Assembly: GCA_963792695.1 (NCBI GenBank)
Contig: CAWBXA010000002.1
Span: 4,441 to 68,440, forward strand
DNA length: 64,000 nt
Source: an uncultured Verrucomicrobiae bacterium
GTDB lineage: Bacteria; Verrucomicrobiota; Verrucomicrobiia; Chthoniobacterales; Chthoniobacteraceae
Direction of reading: 5' to 3'
In this document: positions 9,969 to 19,041 of the stretch, one piece after another
Position numbering within the stretch: the first letter of the stretch is position 1
How the letters are laid out: each line of letters opens with the position of its first letter
The notes under the pieces: generated by a model
What the model saw: the letters and a program-made list of their open reading frames with translations, nothing else
Told to the model about the DNA's origin: nothing
Database searches by the model: none
Translations under genes and position numbers: made by a program

Positions 9969-10814
9969 ATGACCATCCCGCGCCTTGATGCCCATCAGCA
10001 TTTCTGGGTGTACGACGCCCAGCAATATCCGTGGATTCCCACGGGCTCGGCGCTGCATCGCGACTGGCTGCCAGAGGACCTGGCGCGGGAACAAGCGCCA
10101 CTCGATTTTCAAGGCTCCATCGCCGTGCAAGCGCGGCAGAGCCTCGAGGAAACGCGCCGGTTGCTGAAGCTGGCGGCGCAATTTCCCGCCATCCGCGGCG
10201 TAGTCGGGTGGGTCGATCTGCGCGCGGAAAACGTCAGCGAGCAACTGGCGGAGTTTGTCCCCAATCCGAAGTTTGTTGGCGTCCGTCATGTGGTGCAGGA
10301 TGAAAAAGAGCCGGACTTTCTCTTGCGGTCGGATTTCGTGAGAGGACTGCGAGCGCTGCATGGGTTCGGGTTGCGGTACGATTTGCTGATTTTGGCGCAT
10401 CAACTGCCGGCGGCGATTCGCCTGGTGGCGCAAATGCCGGAGCTGCCCTTTGTGCTCGATCACCTCGCCAAGCCTCCCATCAAAGGAGGCGGGCTTTCGC
10501 CATGGCGCGAGCAGATTCAGGAGCTGGCGAAGGCGCCGAACGTCTGCTGCAAAATTTCCGGCCTCATTACCGAAGCCGATCCCCAGCATTGGCAACCGGA
10601 GCAGATCACGCCGTATCTGGACGTCGCTTTCCAAGCCTTCGGGGTGGAGCGGCTCATGTTTGGCTCTGATTGGCCGGTTTGCCTGCTCGCCGGCAGCTAC
10701 GAGCGCGTCTTTCGGCTGAGCGAAAACTACGCGCGCGGGCTCTCCGCAGGGCAACGCGCCGATTTGTTTGGCGGAAACGCCGCGCGTTTTTACGGCATCC
10801 CCTCTTTAAGCTGA
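9969..10814 (+). CDS. Amidohydrolase-2 family lactonase (L-fucono-1,5-lactonase-like)
   Basis: 281 aa. RLDAHQHFW...VRHVVQDE...VLDHLAKPPIK...CCKISGLITEA...MFGSDWPVC is the pattern of the characterised fuconolactonase family. Substrate is inferred. Confidence 0.75.
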   Translation: MTIPRLDAHQHFWVYDAQQYPWIPTGSALHRDWLPEDLAREQAPLDFQGSIAVQARQSLEETRRLLKLAAQFPAIRGVVGWVDLRAENVSEQLAEFVPNPKFVGVRHVVQDEKEPDFLLRSDFVRGLRALHGFGLRYDLLILAHQLPAAIRLVAQMPELPFVLDHLAKPPIKGGGLSPWREQIQELAKAPNVCCKISGLITEADPQHWQPEQITPYLDVAFQAFGVERLMFGSDWPVCLLAGSYERVFRLSENYARGLSAGQRADLFGGNAARFYGIPSLS

Positions 10815-10928
10815 TTCCCCCCCGCGCTTACCAGCGAGGTGCTCAAGTCCGGGCAACTAACCGTGACGGGGCTTAGCGGCTGGGTTGGAGTGTGCTGGCG
10901 AAGCGCTCCCGGCGTCAGCCACAGTATA

Positions 10929-11343
10929 TGAGGTGTGCGAGAAAACTGGACCACAAACCAGAGGAATAGGCGATCATGAAAGTGGTGACCAGAAAACGAT
11001 CCACCGCAGAATTCAAAGCCCAAGCCGTCGGGCTCGTGGGATTGGGAAAACCCGTGGCCGTCGTGGCTGAGAAGCCCGCAGCGGACGAGCTGCCCAGGCT
11101 ATGGCGCGAAAATGGCAATCTCAAATTGGAGAACGACATTTCAAAAAAGGCGGCCATTATCCTCGGGACCAAGACTCTGCCGGGAGCCGTGCGATGATCC
11201 AGACTATCGCGCAGCAAACCCACGCCAGCGTCCGCAAAGTCTGCGCGGTGCTGGGCACCGCTCGCAGCAGCTTTTATCACGTCGCCGCCCCGACCCACAG
11301 GCAGATCACGCCCAAGTATCAGATTGATGGTCTTCTATGCTGA
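10929..11343 (+). mobile_element. Degraded IS3-family element (OrfA with internal deletion plus the first ~45 codons of OrfB)
   Basis: ORF 10976..11197 reads RKRSTAEFKAQAVGLV...LENDISKKAAIIL (IS3 OrfA HTH plus leucine-zipper end). It is followed by MIQTIAQQTHASVRKVCAVLGTARSSFYHV and then breaks off. Possible IRL TGAGGTGTGCG at 10929. Confidence 0.65.
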
Positions 11344-11651
11344 CCAATCGCGAATTCGCACTTTTAGCAGCTTTTCTGATCGTTTTTTCCGGTTGTGGTT
11401 GGATGATGCTTCGGCGGATTGGCTGGACAGCATTGGAAGGAGCATTGATGGCAACTGCGGTTGCGGTTGGTGCAGCAAGCGTCGTCTTCGTGATGGCTCA
11501 GGTCTATCGCGGCGACGAACTCGGACGAGCAATCCCTTGGATCGAGCAAGCCGGAGTCGCTATCGCAGGAGTTAGCTTGGGTGCCTTCGCGTTGTGCTTT
11601 GTTTGCGTGGTCGCTGACTTAATCGAGCGGGTGCGGAAGCGGATCAAGTGA
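11337..11651 (+). CDS. Hypothetical three-TM membrane protein
   Basis: 104-aa ORF, hydrophobic, lower GC than its surroundings, directly abutting the IS3 remnant. No family recognised. Confidence 0.4.
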   Translation: MLTNREFALLAAFLIVFSGCGWMMLRRIGWTALEGALMATAVAVGAASVVFVMAQVYRGDELGRAIPWIEQAGVAIAGVSLGAFALCFVCVVADLIERVRKRIK

Positions 11652-11957
11652 ACTGCCGCACGTGACCGTCCTGCCGCGAAAGTGGCCGGCCTCCCGCCGC
11701 AGGAACTGTTCCGTGCCCCAACCGTGCCTGCATCGCGCCACGCAGGCGCTGCCCGCCTTGGCCCAACAGCGCCCTCGTGTATTACGGTGCCTGCTTCCCG
11801 CGCAAAGGTCACAACTCCTGCGCCGCCCCGTTTCCGCCGCCCGGCTGCTTGCCTCTTGGCGGCAATCCATTCACGCTTCTTGCTCGGCTGGCAGGGCGAC
11901 GGAGACATTGCGGGCGACGATCCTTCGCCCCTGCCGGGGCGGCGGGGCTGAAATGCC

Positions 11958-13484
11958 TCAGTAGCTCTTAGCGAAGACGACTCGCCTGGGGCTCGGTTCG
12001 CCGGTGATGAGGCACTTTCCGGGCTCGCCCGAACCGAAAGGAATGCAGCGGATGGTCACCTTTAGGTCGGCTTTGATTTGCTCCTCGACGGCGCGGGTGC
12101 CATTCCAATGCGCCAGGGCGAAGCCGCCGTGGATCTCGGGCTTGTCGGCAGTTTGCGCCGTGAAAAATTGGTAGAAATCTTCCTTGGTATCGATCTCGCG
12201 GGTGTGCTCGCGACGGAAAGCATCGGCGCGAGCCAGGAGCTGGTCCTGAATCTCCTGCAGGAGCGCGGGGGCGCTGGCGGCAAACTCGACGGCGGTCGGA
12301 AAGCTCTTCTCCTTGTGCGGACGGTCGCGGCGGGCGACGGCGAGGGTTCCTTTCTCCAGGTCCCGCGGGCCGATTTCGACCCGCAAGGGGACGCCTTTCT
12401 TGATCCACTCCCAATTCTTCACGCCGCCGCCCAAATCGCGCCGGTCCACCTCGATGCGGAGCGGTTCGCCGTGGAAGCGCTGTTCGCGCAATTGCGCCGC
12501 CAACTGATCCACGGCTTCGAGCACGGCGGCGCGGGTCTCTTCCTTGGGCGTGACAGGAACGAGGACGATTTGCGACGGCGCCACCCGAGGCGGCATGACC
12601 GCGCCATCGTCGTCGGCGTGTGCCATGAGGAGTGTGCCGATGAGGCGGGTGGAGGCGCCCCAACTGGTGGTCCACGCAAATTCCTGTGAGTTCTGTCGCG
12701 AGAGAAACTGGATGCCGCTGGCCCTGGCGAAGTTCTGGCCAAGGAAATGCGAGGTGCCGGCCTGGATGGCTTTGCGGTCCTGCACCATCGCCTCGATGCA
12801 GAGCGTCTGCACGGCGCCGGGGAAGCGTTCACCTTCGCTCTTCTCGCCGGTCAGGATCGGGAGCGCGAGGTGGTCGCGCGCAAAAGTCTCGTACACGCCG
12901 AGCATGCGCTCGGTCTCCTCGCGCGCCTCCGCTTCCGTCTCGTGCGCGGTGTGGCCCTCCTGCCAAAGGAATTCCGCGGTGCGCAGGAAGACGCGCGGCC
13001 GCAGCTCCCAGCGGACGACGTTGGCCCATTGGTTGATGAGAATCGGCAGGTCGCGGTACGATTGCACCCACCTGGCGTAGGAAGCGCCGATGATCGTCTC
13101 GCTGGTCGGACGGACGATGAGCGGCTCGGTCAGCTCGGCGCTCGGCGCGGGGCGCAGTCCGCCGCGGCCGTCGCTTTCGAGGCGGTGATGAGTGACGACG
13201 GCGCATTCCTTGGCGAAGCCCTCGACGTGCTCGGCCTCTTTGGCCATGTAGGAGAGCGGGATGAACAGGGGAAAGTAGGCGTTCTTGTGGCCGGTCGCTT
13301 TGAACATGGCGTCGAGCCCACGCTGCATGTTTTCCCAGAGGCCGTAGCCCCACGGCTTGATGACCATGCAGCCGCGCACGTCCGACGAATCGGCGAGATC
13401 GGCGGCTTTGACGACTTGCTGGTACCACTCGGGAAAATCCTGGTCACGGCGCGGCGTGACGGCGGTCTGAGGTTGCTGGGACAT
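11958..13484 (-). CDS. proS: Prolyl-tRNA synthetase (archaeal/eukaryote-like type)
   Basis: 508 aa, intact. DFPEWYQQVVKAADL...VRGCMVIKPWGYGLWE...FPLFIP...; class II aaRS core plus a C-terminal zinc-like domain. Confidence 0.93.
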   Translation of the reverse strand: MSQQPQTAVTPRRDQDFPEWYQQVVKAADLADSSDVRGCMVIKPWGYGLWENMQRGLDAMFKATGHKNAYFPLFIPLSYMAKEAEHVEGFAKECAVVTHHRLESDGRGGLRPAPSAELTEPLIVRPTSETIIGASYARWVQSYRDLPILINQWANVVRWELRPRVFLRTAEFLWQEGHTAHETEAEAREETERMLGVYETFARDHLALPILTGEKSEGERFPGAVQTLCIEAMVQDRKAIQAGTSHFLGQNFARASGIQFLSRQNSQEFAWTTSWGASTRLIGTLLMAHADDDGAVMPPRVAPSQIVLVPVTPKEETRAAVLEAVDQLAAQLREQRFHGEPLRIEVDRRDLGGGVKNWEWIKKGVPLRVEIGPRDLEKGTLAVARRDRPHKEKSFPTAVEFAASAPALLQEIQDQLLARADAFRREHTREIDTKEDFYQFFTAQTADKPEIHGGFALAHWNGTRAVEEQIKADLKVTIRCIPFGSGEPGKCLITGEPSPRRVVFAKSY

Positions 13485-13489
13485 AAAGC

Positions 13490-14074
13490 TTAAGCTGGCA
13501 GTTTACCGCCCGTTTCTAAAAAGGCCCGCCAGACTTCATCCCATTGTTCTTGAAGTCCAAGCCGTTTGTTCTGCGCGGCGATGAAGTCGTGATCCACGGG
13601 CGTGACGTTCAGCATGGAACACACGTCACTGACATGCTTCTCGCTGCGGCCTTCGCGATAGTACTCCAGCTTTCGAATCACGACGTATTCTGGCGGAGCG
13701 ACCCAGAGTTGCTCTGCGAAGTATTGTCCGCGCCGGCGGTGCTTCATCGCCCAAAGGTGAAGGGGGTCGCGGACGGCAAAGAAAAGGTCCGCTTTGAAAC
13801 CGCTCCAGTGATGCACGAGATTAAGGGCACCGCGTCCGGGGCGAAGAAGGGCCGTCAGCAAAACTTCCGTGGGAGGGACGTAATAGTCCTGCTCAGGGAA
13901 GGTGATACGGAACTGCTCGATATCTGACACCTTCATGACCAGCACAAAGTCGATGTCGTTGGTCGTTCGCAGCTCGCCGTAGATACCGGCTGCCACGGAG
14001 CCCGTGACGCAATATGGGAGGCCCGAGCCCTCCAGAGGGTCCAAATAGTAGCCGAAGGGCTCAGGAAACCGCAT
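13490..14074 (-). CDS. Minimal nucleotidyltransferase-fold protein (toxin-like partner of module 1)
   Basis: 194 aa. GSVAAGIYGELRTTNDIDFVL is a G[S/G]x9-13[D/E]hD[D/E]-type NTase motif. It overlaps the upstream small ORF by 14 nt. Confidence 0.6.
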   Translation of the reverse strand: MRFPEPFGYYLDPLEGSGLPYCVTGSVAAGIYGELRTTNDIDFVLVMKVSDIEQFRITFPEQDYYVPPTEVLLTALLRPGRGALNLVHHWSGFKADLFFAVRDPLHLWAMKHRRRGQYFAEQLWVAPPEYVVIRKLEYYREGRSEKHVSDVCSMLNVTPVDHDFIAAQNKRLGLQEQWDEVWRAFLETGGKLPA

Positions 14075-14315
14075 GCATCACCCTTTCGCGGACCGCCACC
14101 CGGACTTGCTCCTCAGTCCACTCCGGATGACGGCCGCGTATGCCGATGGCAAGTATCTCGCGGGCGCCGCGGCAGAGCTGGGCCAACCGGTCGAGCTTTT
14201 GTTCCACGGTCATGCGTCGGTAGGCGGCGATCTGAGCGGGATGCACCTTTTCGTCGGCGGCATAATTGCGCGCACGACGAACGGGAGCTTGCGATTCGGT
14301 GTCGGCGGCTTTCAC
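14061..14315 (-). CDS. Small helical protein (antitoxin-like partner of module 1)
   Basis: GTG at 14315 overlaps the TGA of the M20 gene (GTGA overlap). Sequence ...MTVEQKLDRLAQLCRGAREILAIGIRGRHPEWTEEQVRVAVRERVMHAVS. Confidence 0.5.
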   Translation of the reverse strand: MKAADTESQAPVRRARNYAADEKVHPAQIAAYRRMTVEQKLDRLAQLCRGAREILAIGIRGRHPEWTEEQVRVAVRERVMHAVS

Positions 14316-15430
14316 AGCGAGGCTAGGAACTGCGCAAAAAACTGCGCTCCTTTTTCCAAATCCGCAACGGCAATCCACTCGTCTTTGGTGTGCGCTTGCT
14401 CGATGGAGCCGGGGCCGAGGGCGATGGCGGGGACGCCCTGGCGTGCGAAGACGGCGGCGTCACAAAACCACGGTGCGCCGATGGGGCGCGCGCCGAGGGT
14501 GGCGAGCTTCGCGATGAGCGGATGGGCGGGGTCGGTATTAAGCGCGGCAGCGTGAGTGGCTTCGACTTCGAGTCCGGGGACATGGGATTGAAGCCGCGCG
14601 GTGAGGCTCCCGAGGAGCGTTTCCATCCCGGCGCCGGGAACGGTGCGAAGATCAATCGTCGCTTCGCAAAAGTCGGGCACGATATTGGTCTTCGAACCCC
14701 CGGCGATGGTGCCGACGCTCCCCGTGGCGCGGCCGAGCATCGGATGCGTGCAGGCGGCCAATTCCGGCTTCAGCACTTCGCGCAACCAGCGGAGCGCGAC
14801 GGTCATTTTGTCGATGGCGTTATCGCCCAACTCAGGGTGCGCGGCGTGAACGGCGAGCCCGCGCGCGACGAGGCGCAAGCGCGTGCAGCCTTTGTGCAGA
14901 TGCACCACGTCGAGGCCGGTCGGCTCGCCCGCGATGACGAAGGCGAAGCGCTCTTCCGCCGCGAGCGCGATGGCGCCCTGCTGCCCGGCTTCCTCGCCGG
15001 CAAGTCCAGCGAACCAGATCTCGTGGCTGAGCCCGGCAAGTTGGCCGCGTCTTTCGCGGAGCGCCCAAAGCATGGCGGCCATCGAGCCCTTGGTGTCGCT
15101 CGCGCCGCGCCCCCAAAGCTTTTCATCACGCAGTTCCGCGCCGAAGGGATCAATCGTCATGCCGGCCACGCTCACCGTATCAAGGTGCGGCGCGAGCAGG
15201 AGGCGCGGTTTGCCCGGGCGATCCGGGGGGAAGCGCGCGACCACATTGGGCCGGCTTGGCAGCACCTCGCGCAAGGTCACCTCCGCGCCCAGCCCGCGCA
15301 GAAATTGCGCCACGTGGTCCGCGCAGCGCTGCTCGCCGACGTGCTCGGTCCCCGGCTGTCCGGCCGGATTCACGCTCGGGATGCGCACCAGCGCCTGGCA
15401 AAGCTCAGTTGCGGAGCGGGGCGCATTCAT
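14312..15430 (-). CDS. M20-family metallopeptidase/deacylase (ArgE/DapE/ACY1-like)
   Basis: 372 aa. LLLAPHLDTV...WGRGASDTKGSMAAMLWAL...GEEAGQQG metal-ligand pattern. Confidence 0.85.
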   Translation of the reverse strand: MNAPRSATELCQALVRIPSVNPAGQPGTEHVGEQRCADHVAQFLRGLGAEVTLREVLPSRPNVVARFPPDRPGKPRLLLAPHLDTVSVAGMTIDPFGAELRDEKLWGRGASDTKGSMAAMLWALRERRGQLAGLSHEIWFAGLAGEEAGQQGAIALAAEERFAFVIAGEPTGLDVVHLHKGCTRLRLVARGLAVHAAHPELGDNAIDKMTVALRWLREVLKPELAACTHPMLGRATGSVGTIAGGSKTNIVPDFCEATIDLRTVPGAGMETLLGSLTARLQSHVPGLEVEATHAAALNTDPAHPLIAKLATLGARPIGAPWFCDAAVFARQGVPAIALGPGSIEQAHTKDEWIAVADLEKGAQFFAQFLASL

Positions 15431-15479
15431 CGCGGCGAGCCTCGCCGCCCAGCGGTCCGCTGACGAGCGCCTTTTGCGT

Positions 15480-16001
15480 TCAGCCTTGTGCGCGGAAATG
15501 ATCCCGCCCCTTCGCCACGTCTCGCAGGATCGGCAGGGTGATCAGATCCTTCGGACGCCCGGCCGCTTCCTTGCTGCGAATAACGCGCTCCAGGAGCAGC
15601 ACGCGCACTTCGACGCCTTCGAAGATATACTTCGCCGAGCGCCGGTACTCTGTCGCAAACGAGGCGACTCCCTGGATCGAGTAGCAGAAGTTCACCAAGC
15701 GTCCGTCCCTGGTGACGACCACCGTCTGGCGGACCATCTCCGCGCCATGCTTCAGTGCCATATTGATGGGCCGCATGTAGCTGCGTGAGCCAAGATCGAG
15801 CCAGACATCGGTATCGATCGTCACACAGGGTGCTCCGTGCAGAATCGCCGCGGTCATCCCGACTACGATGAAGCGGATCTTTTCTTCGTGCAGGGCCGCG
15901 AGGATTGCACCGACCGGAGATAAGCCTGGCTGCGGTCCCACCGCTCTTGCGGGGTCGCCAGCAGGCTCCACGCGTACAACACGCGCTCGTCTACGCTGCA
16001 A
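15480..16001 (-). CDS. Second nucleotidyltransferase-fold protein (module 2); true start uncertain (GTG about 15941)
   Basis: IRFIVVGMTAAILHGAPCVTIDTDVWLD NTase motif. C-terminal RSKEAAGRPKDLITLPIL motif is common in this type of NTase. Confidence 0.55.
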   Translation of the reverse strand: MQRRRARVVRVEPAGDPARAVGPQPGLSPVGAILAALHEEKIRFIVVGMTAAILHGAPCVTIDTDVWLDLGSRSYMRPINMALKHGAEMVRQTVVVTRDGRLVNFCYSIQGVASFATEYRRSAKYIFEGVEVRVLLLERVIRSKEAAGRPKDLITLPILRDVAKGRDHFRAQG

Positions 16002-16033
16002 TGGGGCAGAAAGCTGGCCATCTTGTCCGCCAT
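15863..16033 (-). CDS. Small ORF upstream of NTase 2 (antitoxin-like, or the N-terminus of NTase 2 if an indel is present)
   Basis: ATG at 16033 (MADKMASFLPHCSVDERVLYAWSLLATPQERWDRSQAYL...). It overlaps the NTase frame by about 80 nt, which is suspicious. Confidence 0.3.
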   Translation of the reverse strand: MADKMASFLPHCSVDERVLYAWSLLATPQERWDRSQAYLRSVQSSRPCTKKRSASS

Positions 16034-16125
16034 CGCGTTGATGCGGGCGATCCTTAGGAGGGCGCTTTTTTTTGGCTTATCCAAGTGCGCAATCTGGTCT
16101 GGAAACGATGCGCGTGCAAGCGCCT

Positions 16126-17076
16126 TCAGCGCCGGGCGTGCGCCCGGTACCACTCGACAAAGCGCGGAATCCCTTCGGCGATTTTCGTCTGTGGATCGTA
16201 TCCCAACAGCGCCCGCGCCTTGGAAATGTCGGCATACGTCAGCGGTACATCGCCGGGTTGCTCCGGCAGCGGATGGATTTTCGCCTGTTTGCCGAGCGCC
16301 CGTTCGAGCTGCGCGATCAACTCGTTCAGCGTGGTGGTCTGGCTTTCGCCGATATTGAAGACATCGCAAAGCTGTCCTTCGTACCCGAGACAAGCCGTCA
16401 TCCCTTGCACGATATCATCGATGTACGTGTAATCGCGTCGCGTCGAGCCGTCGCCAAAGCGCGGAAGGGCCTCTCCCGCGTCGATCAGGCGCGTGAAGGC
16501 GTGGATCGCCAGGTCGGGCCGTTGCCGCGGGCCGTACACCGTGAAAAAGCGGAGGTTAATGGTGCGCATCCCATAAAGATGCGAGTAGTTGGAGCAAAGC
16601 TGCTCCGCCGCCAGCTTCGTCGCCGCGTAAGGCGAGATGGTTTGGTTCAGGCACATGTCTTCGCGAAAGGGCGCGGACTTGATCACGCCATAAACGGAGG
16701 ACGACGAGGCCGAGATGAAGCGCGGCACGCCCGCCGCGCGCGCCGCCTCCAGCAGATTGAAGGTCCCGGTGATATTGGTCTCGATGTAGAGCTTTGGCTG
16801 CTGGATGGAAGGGCGCACACCCGCCCGCGCGGCGAGATGCACAATGGCCTGCGGCTGGCTTTCGCTGACTGCGCGGGAAACGGCTTCCGCATCGCGCAAA
16901 TCCACCTCGTGCAGCGCCACCTGCCCATGCAGGCCCGCGATGTTTCGCCGTTTCAGCGCCGGGTCGTAGAAGTCGTTGAAGTCGTCGAGAATCGAGACCT
17001 CATGCCCCAGCGCGAGGGCGCGTTCCGCAAAATGCGAGCCGATGAAGCCCGCACCACCGGTGACGAGGATGTGCAT
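16126..17076 (-). CDS. NAD-dependent epimerase/dehydratase (extended SDR, UDP-sugar 4-epimerase-like)
   Basis: 316 aa. VTGGAGFIGSH, YAATKLAAE (YxxxK). Confidence 0.88.
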   Translation of the reverse strand: MHILVTGGAGFIGSHFAERALALGHEVSILDDFNDFYDPALKRRNIAGLHGQVALHEVDLRDAEAVSRAVSESQPQAIVHLAARAGVRPSIQQPKLYIETNITGTFNLLEAARAAGVPRFISASSSSVYGVIKSAPFREDMCLNQTISPYAATKLAAEQLCSNYSHLYGMRTINLRFFTVYGPRQRPDLAIHAFTRLIDAGEALPRFGDGSTRRDYTYIDDIVQGMTACLGYEGQLCDVFNIGESQTTTLNELIAQLERALGKQAKIHPLPEQPGDVPLTYADISKARALLGYDPQTKIAEGIPRFVEWYRAHARR

Positions 17077-17193
17077 CGGCGGACCCTACCCGCTCAGGAA
17101 AAAAGCCGGCAAGCGGCAATACCGATTTCGGTGCGCCGGGAGAGTTGACACCCCATGGCCCAAGTGGAATAACAGAAGACTACCCGCACGAAC

Positions 17194-18060
17194 ATGGCCG
17201 ACGAAAACTCCCCCTCTTCCTCCGAACTCGACGACGCTTCCAAGTCGGAAACCATCCGCATCACTCTGCCTCCGAAACAAGAGCAGCCTGCGGCGAAGCG
17301 CGAAACCGTCCGCATCAACCTGCCTGGTCGCCCGGTCTCCAACACCGTGACTCCGAAAAAGGAAACGACCAAGCTGGCCGGGGGTGCGCCCGCGCCGGTT
17401 CTTCCGCCCACCTCGGTGGCTCCGACCGCGCCGCCCCCTTCCATCCCCTCCGCCCCAGCGGCACCCGGTCTGCCCAAGCCGCCCTCCGGCATCGCGATGG
17501 CACCTCCGCGTCCTTCACTGCCCGGCGCCCCGACTGCCACTTTGAAGCCACCGACTCCGCCAGCACCTCCGAAGCCGCCCGGCTCCTTGGGTGCCCCTGG
17601 CGCGCCGTCGGCTCCCGGAGTCCCTGCCGCCCCGGTCAAGCCGATGGGCTCGACTCCGCCGAAGCCGCCGTCGCTCGGCTCCAAGCCAACCATCCCCTTG
17701 AAGCCCGCGCCCGTCGGCGGCGCCGCACCTGGAGCACCGGCTTCGGCGATGGCCAAGGCGGCACCCAAAAAAGAGACGGCTCGCATCACGCTGCCGCCGG
17801 AGGGGACCGCCAAACCCGCGCTCCCGAAAGCGACTCTCAAAATGGGCAACACCCAGCCTCTGGCGCAGCGCCCGCAGGGGAGCAGCGCCAAGACCGTGGC
17901 GCCGACCCTCACCACTTCGCGCGCTGTCGTCACCACCGGCCCAACAGCTTCCGACAGCTCGGTCAACTGGATGAGCATTGTGGCCATGATCCTGTCGCTC
18001 GGCTCCGCCTACGTCGCCTACCTGGTTTACACCGCGGCCACCGTGCCCAACCCGCTCTAA
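17194..18060 (+). CDS. Proline-rich protein with repeated K-E-T-x-R-I-x-L-P motifs and a C-terminal TM anchor
   Basis: 288 aa. SETIRITLPP, RETVRINLPG and KETARITLPP boxes. C-terminal NWMSIVAMILSLGSAYVAYLVY. Co-directional with trxA. An antisense ORF of similar length was judged a shadow. Confidence 0.6.
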   Translation: MADENSPSSSELDDASKSETIRITLPPKQEQPAAKRETVRINLPGRPVSNTVTPKKETTKLAGGAPAPVLPPTSVAPTAPPPSIPSAPAAPGLPKPPSGIAMAPPRPSLPGAPTATLKPPTPPAPPKPPGSLGAPGAPSAPGVPAAPVKPMGSTPPKPPSLGSKPTIPLKPAPVGGAAPGAPASAMAKAAPKKETARITLPPEGTAKPALPKATLKMGNTQPLAQRPQGSSAKTVAPTLTTSRAVVTTGPTASDSSVNWMSIVAMILSLGSAYVAYLVYTAATVPNPL

Positions 18061-18073
18061 GACGTCTCTTCCT

Positions 18074-18403
18074 ATGGCTAGCGCTCATGTCGTGAATATC
18101 ACCACCGCCAATTTCGACGCGGAAGTTTTGCAATCACCCGTCCCGGTCCTGATTGATTTCTGGGCGCCGTGGTGCGGGCCGTGCCGCATGATCGCGCCGA
18201 TCGTGGACGAGATCGCCGAGTCGAAGGTGGGCAAAGCCAAGATTGGCAAGGTGAACATCGACGAAGAGGTCGATCTGGCTACTCGCTACCGCGTCAATGC
18301 CATCCCCGCCATGCTCTTCTTCAAGGGCGGCGAAGTGCAGGATCAACTCGTCGGCGCCACTTCCAAAGCCAACCTGCTCGCGAAGCTTGAGGCTCTGGGG
18401 TAG
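18074..18403 (+). CDS. trxA: Thioredoxin
   Basis: 109 aa with the WAPWCGPCRMIAP active site. Confidence 0.95.
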   Translation: MASAHVVNITTANFDAEVLQSPVPVLIDFWAPWCGPCRMIAPIVDEIAESKVGKAKIGKVNIDEEVDLATRYRVNAIPAMLFFKGGEVQDQLVGATSKANLLAKLEALG

Positions 18404-18511
18404 CCGAGGTTCCCGGTCGGATTGGGTAGGTGGCCGCCGGTTGGGAGGTCCGGCGAAGGGGAATTGAGCGCCAGTGCTTCCATCCATCGGCACGATGGAT
18501 AGGCTGAACCG

Positions 18512-18955
18512 ATGCATATCCTTCAGGAATCCAAGGGGCTGGTCCACGAGTTCAAGACGTTCATCCTCAAGGGGAACGTGGTCGATCTTGCCGTCGGCGT
18601 CGTCATCGGAGCCGCGTTTGGCAAGGTTGTCGATTCCGTGGTCAAGGACCTGATCACTCCGCTGATCGGTCTCTTTGGCGGCCGGCCCGACTTCTCATCG
18701 TGGAAGCTTGGACCGCTCGGTCTCGGGAACTTTTGCAACGCGCTCTTCGCCTTTCTGATCCTCGCGGCGGTTGTCTTTTTCCTCGTGGTCAAGCCGATGA
18801 ACGCCTTGGTGAGACTGACGAGGAGAGGCGAGGGACTGGCCCCCACTCCGCCTGTCCCTCCGGAAGACGTGCAGCTCCTGCGGGAAATTCGTGACCTGCT
18901 CAGGAGCCGCCTTGCCGAAGAGCATCCGCCGACGCCCACGCTCGCGCGCGAATAG
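18512..18955 (+). CDS. mscL: Large-conductance mechanosensitive channel
   Basis: FKTFILKGNVVDLAVGVVIGAAFGKVVDSVVKDLITPLIG. Confidence 0.92.
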   Translation: MHILQESKGLVHEFKTFILKGNVVDLAVGVVIGAAFGKVVDSVVKDLITPLIGLFGGRPDFSSWKLGPLGLGNFCNALFAFLILAAVVFFLVVKPMNALVRLTRRGEGLAPTPPVPPEDVQLLREIRDLLRSRLAEEHPPTPTLARE

Positions 18956-19041
18956 CCACGATCGCTCAGACAGGTGCTCAGGACGAGCACACCCCAAGCG
19001 CGGCATGGCAGAACGGCAACTCGGATGGCCTTGAGCGCCGC

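Noticed and set aside
17094-17987. 297-aa minus-strand ORF opposite the proline-rich gene
   Set aside because: Gly/Ala-rich mirror translation of a Pro-rich GC-rich gene. The plus-strand ORF has reiterated motifs, a C-terminal TM and operon linkage to trxA.
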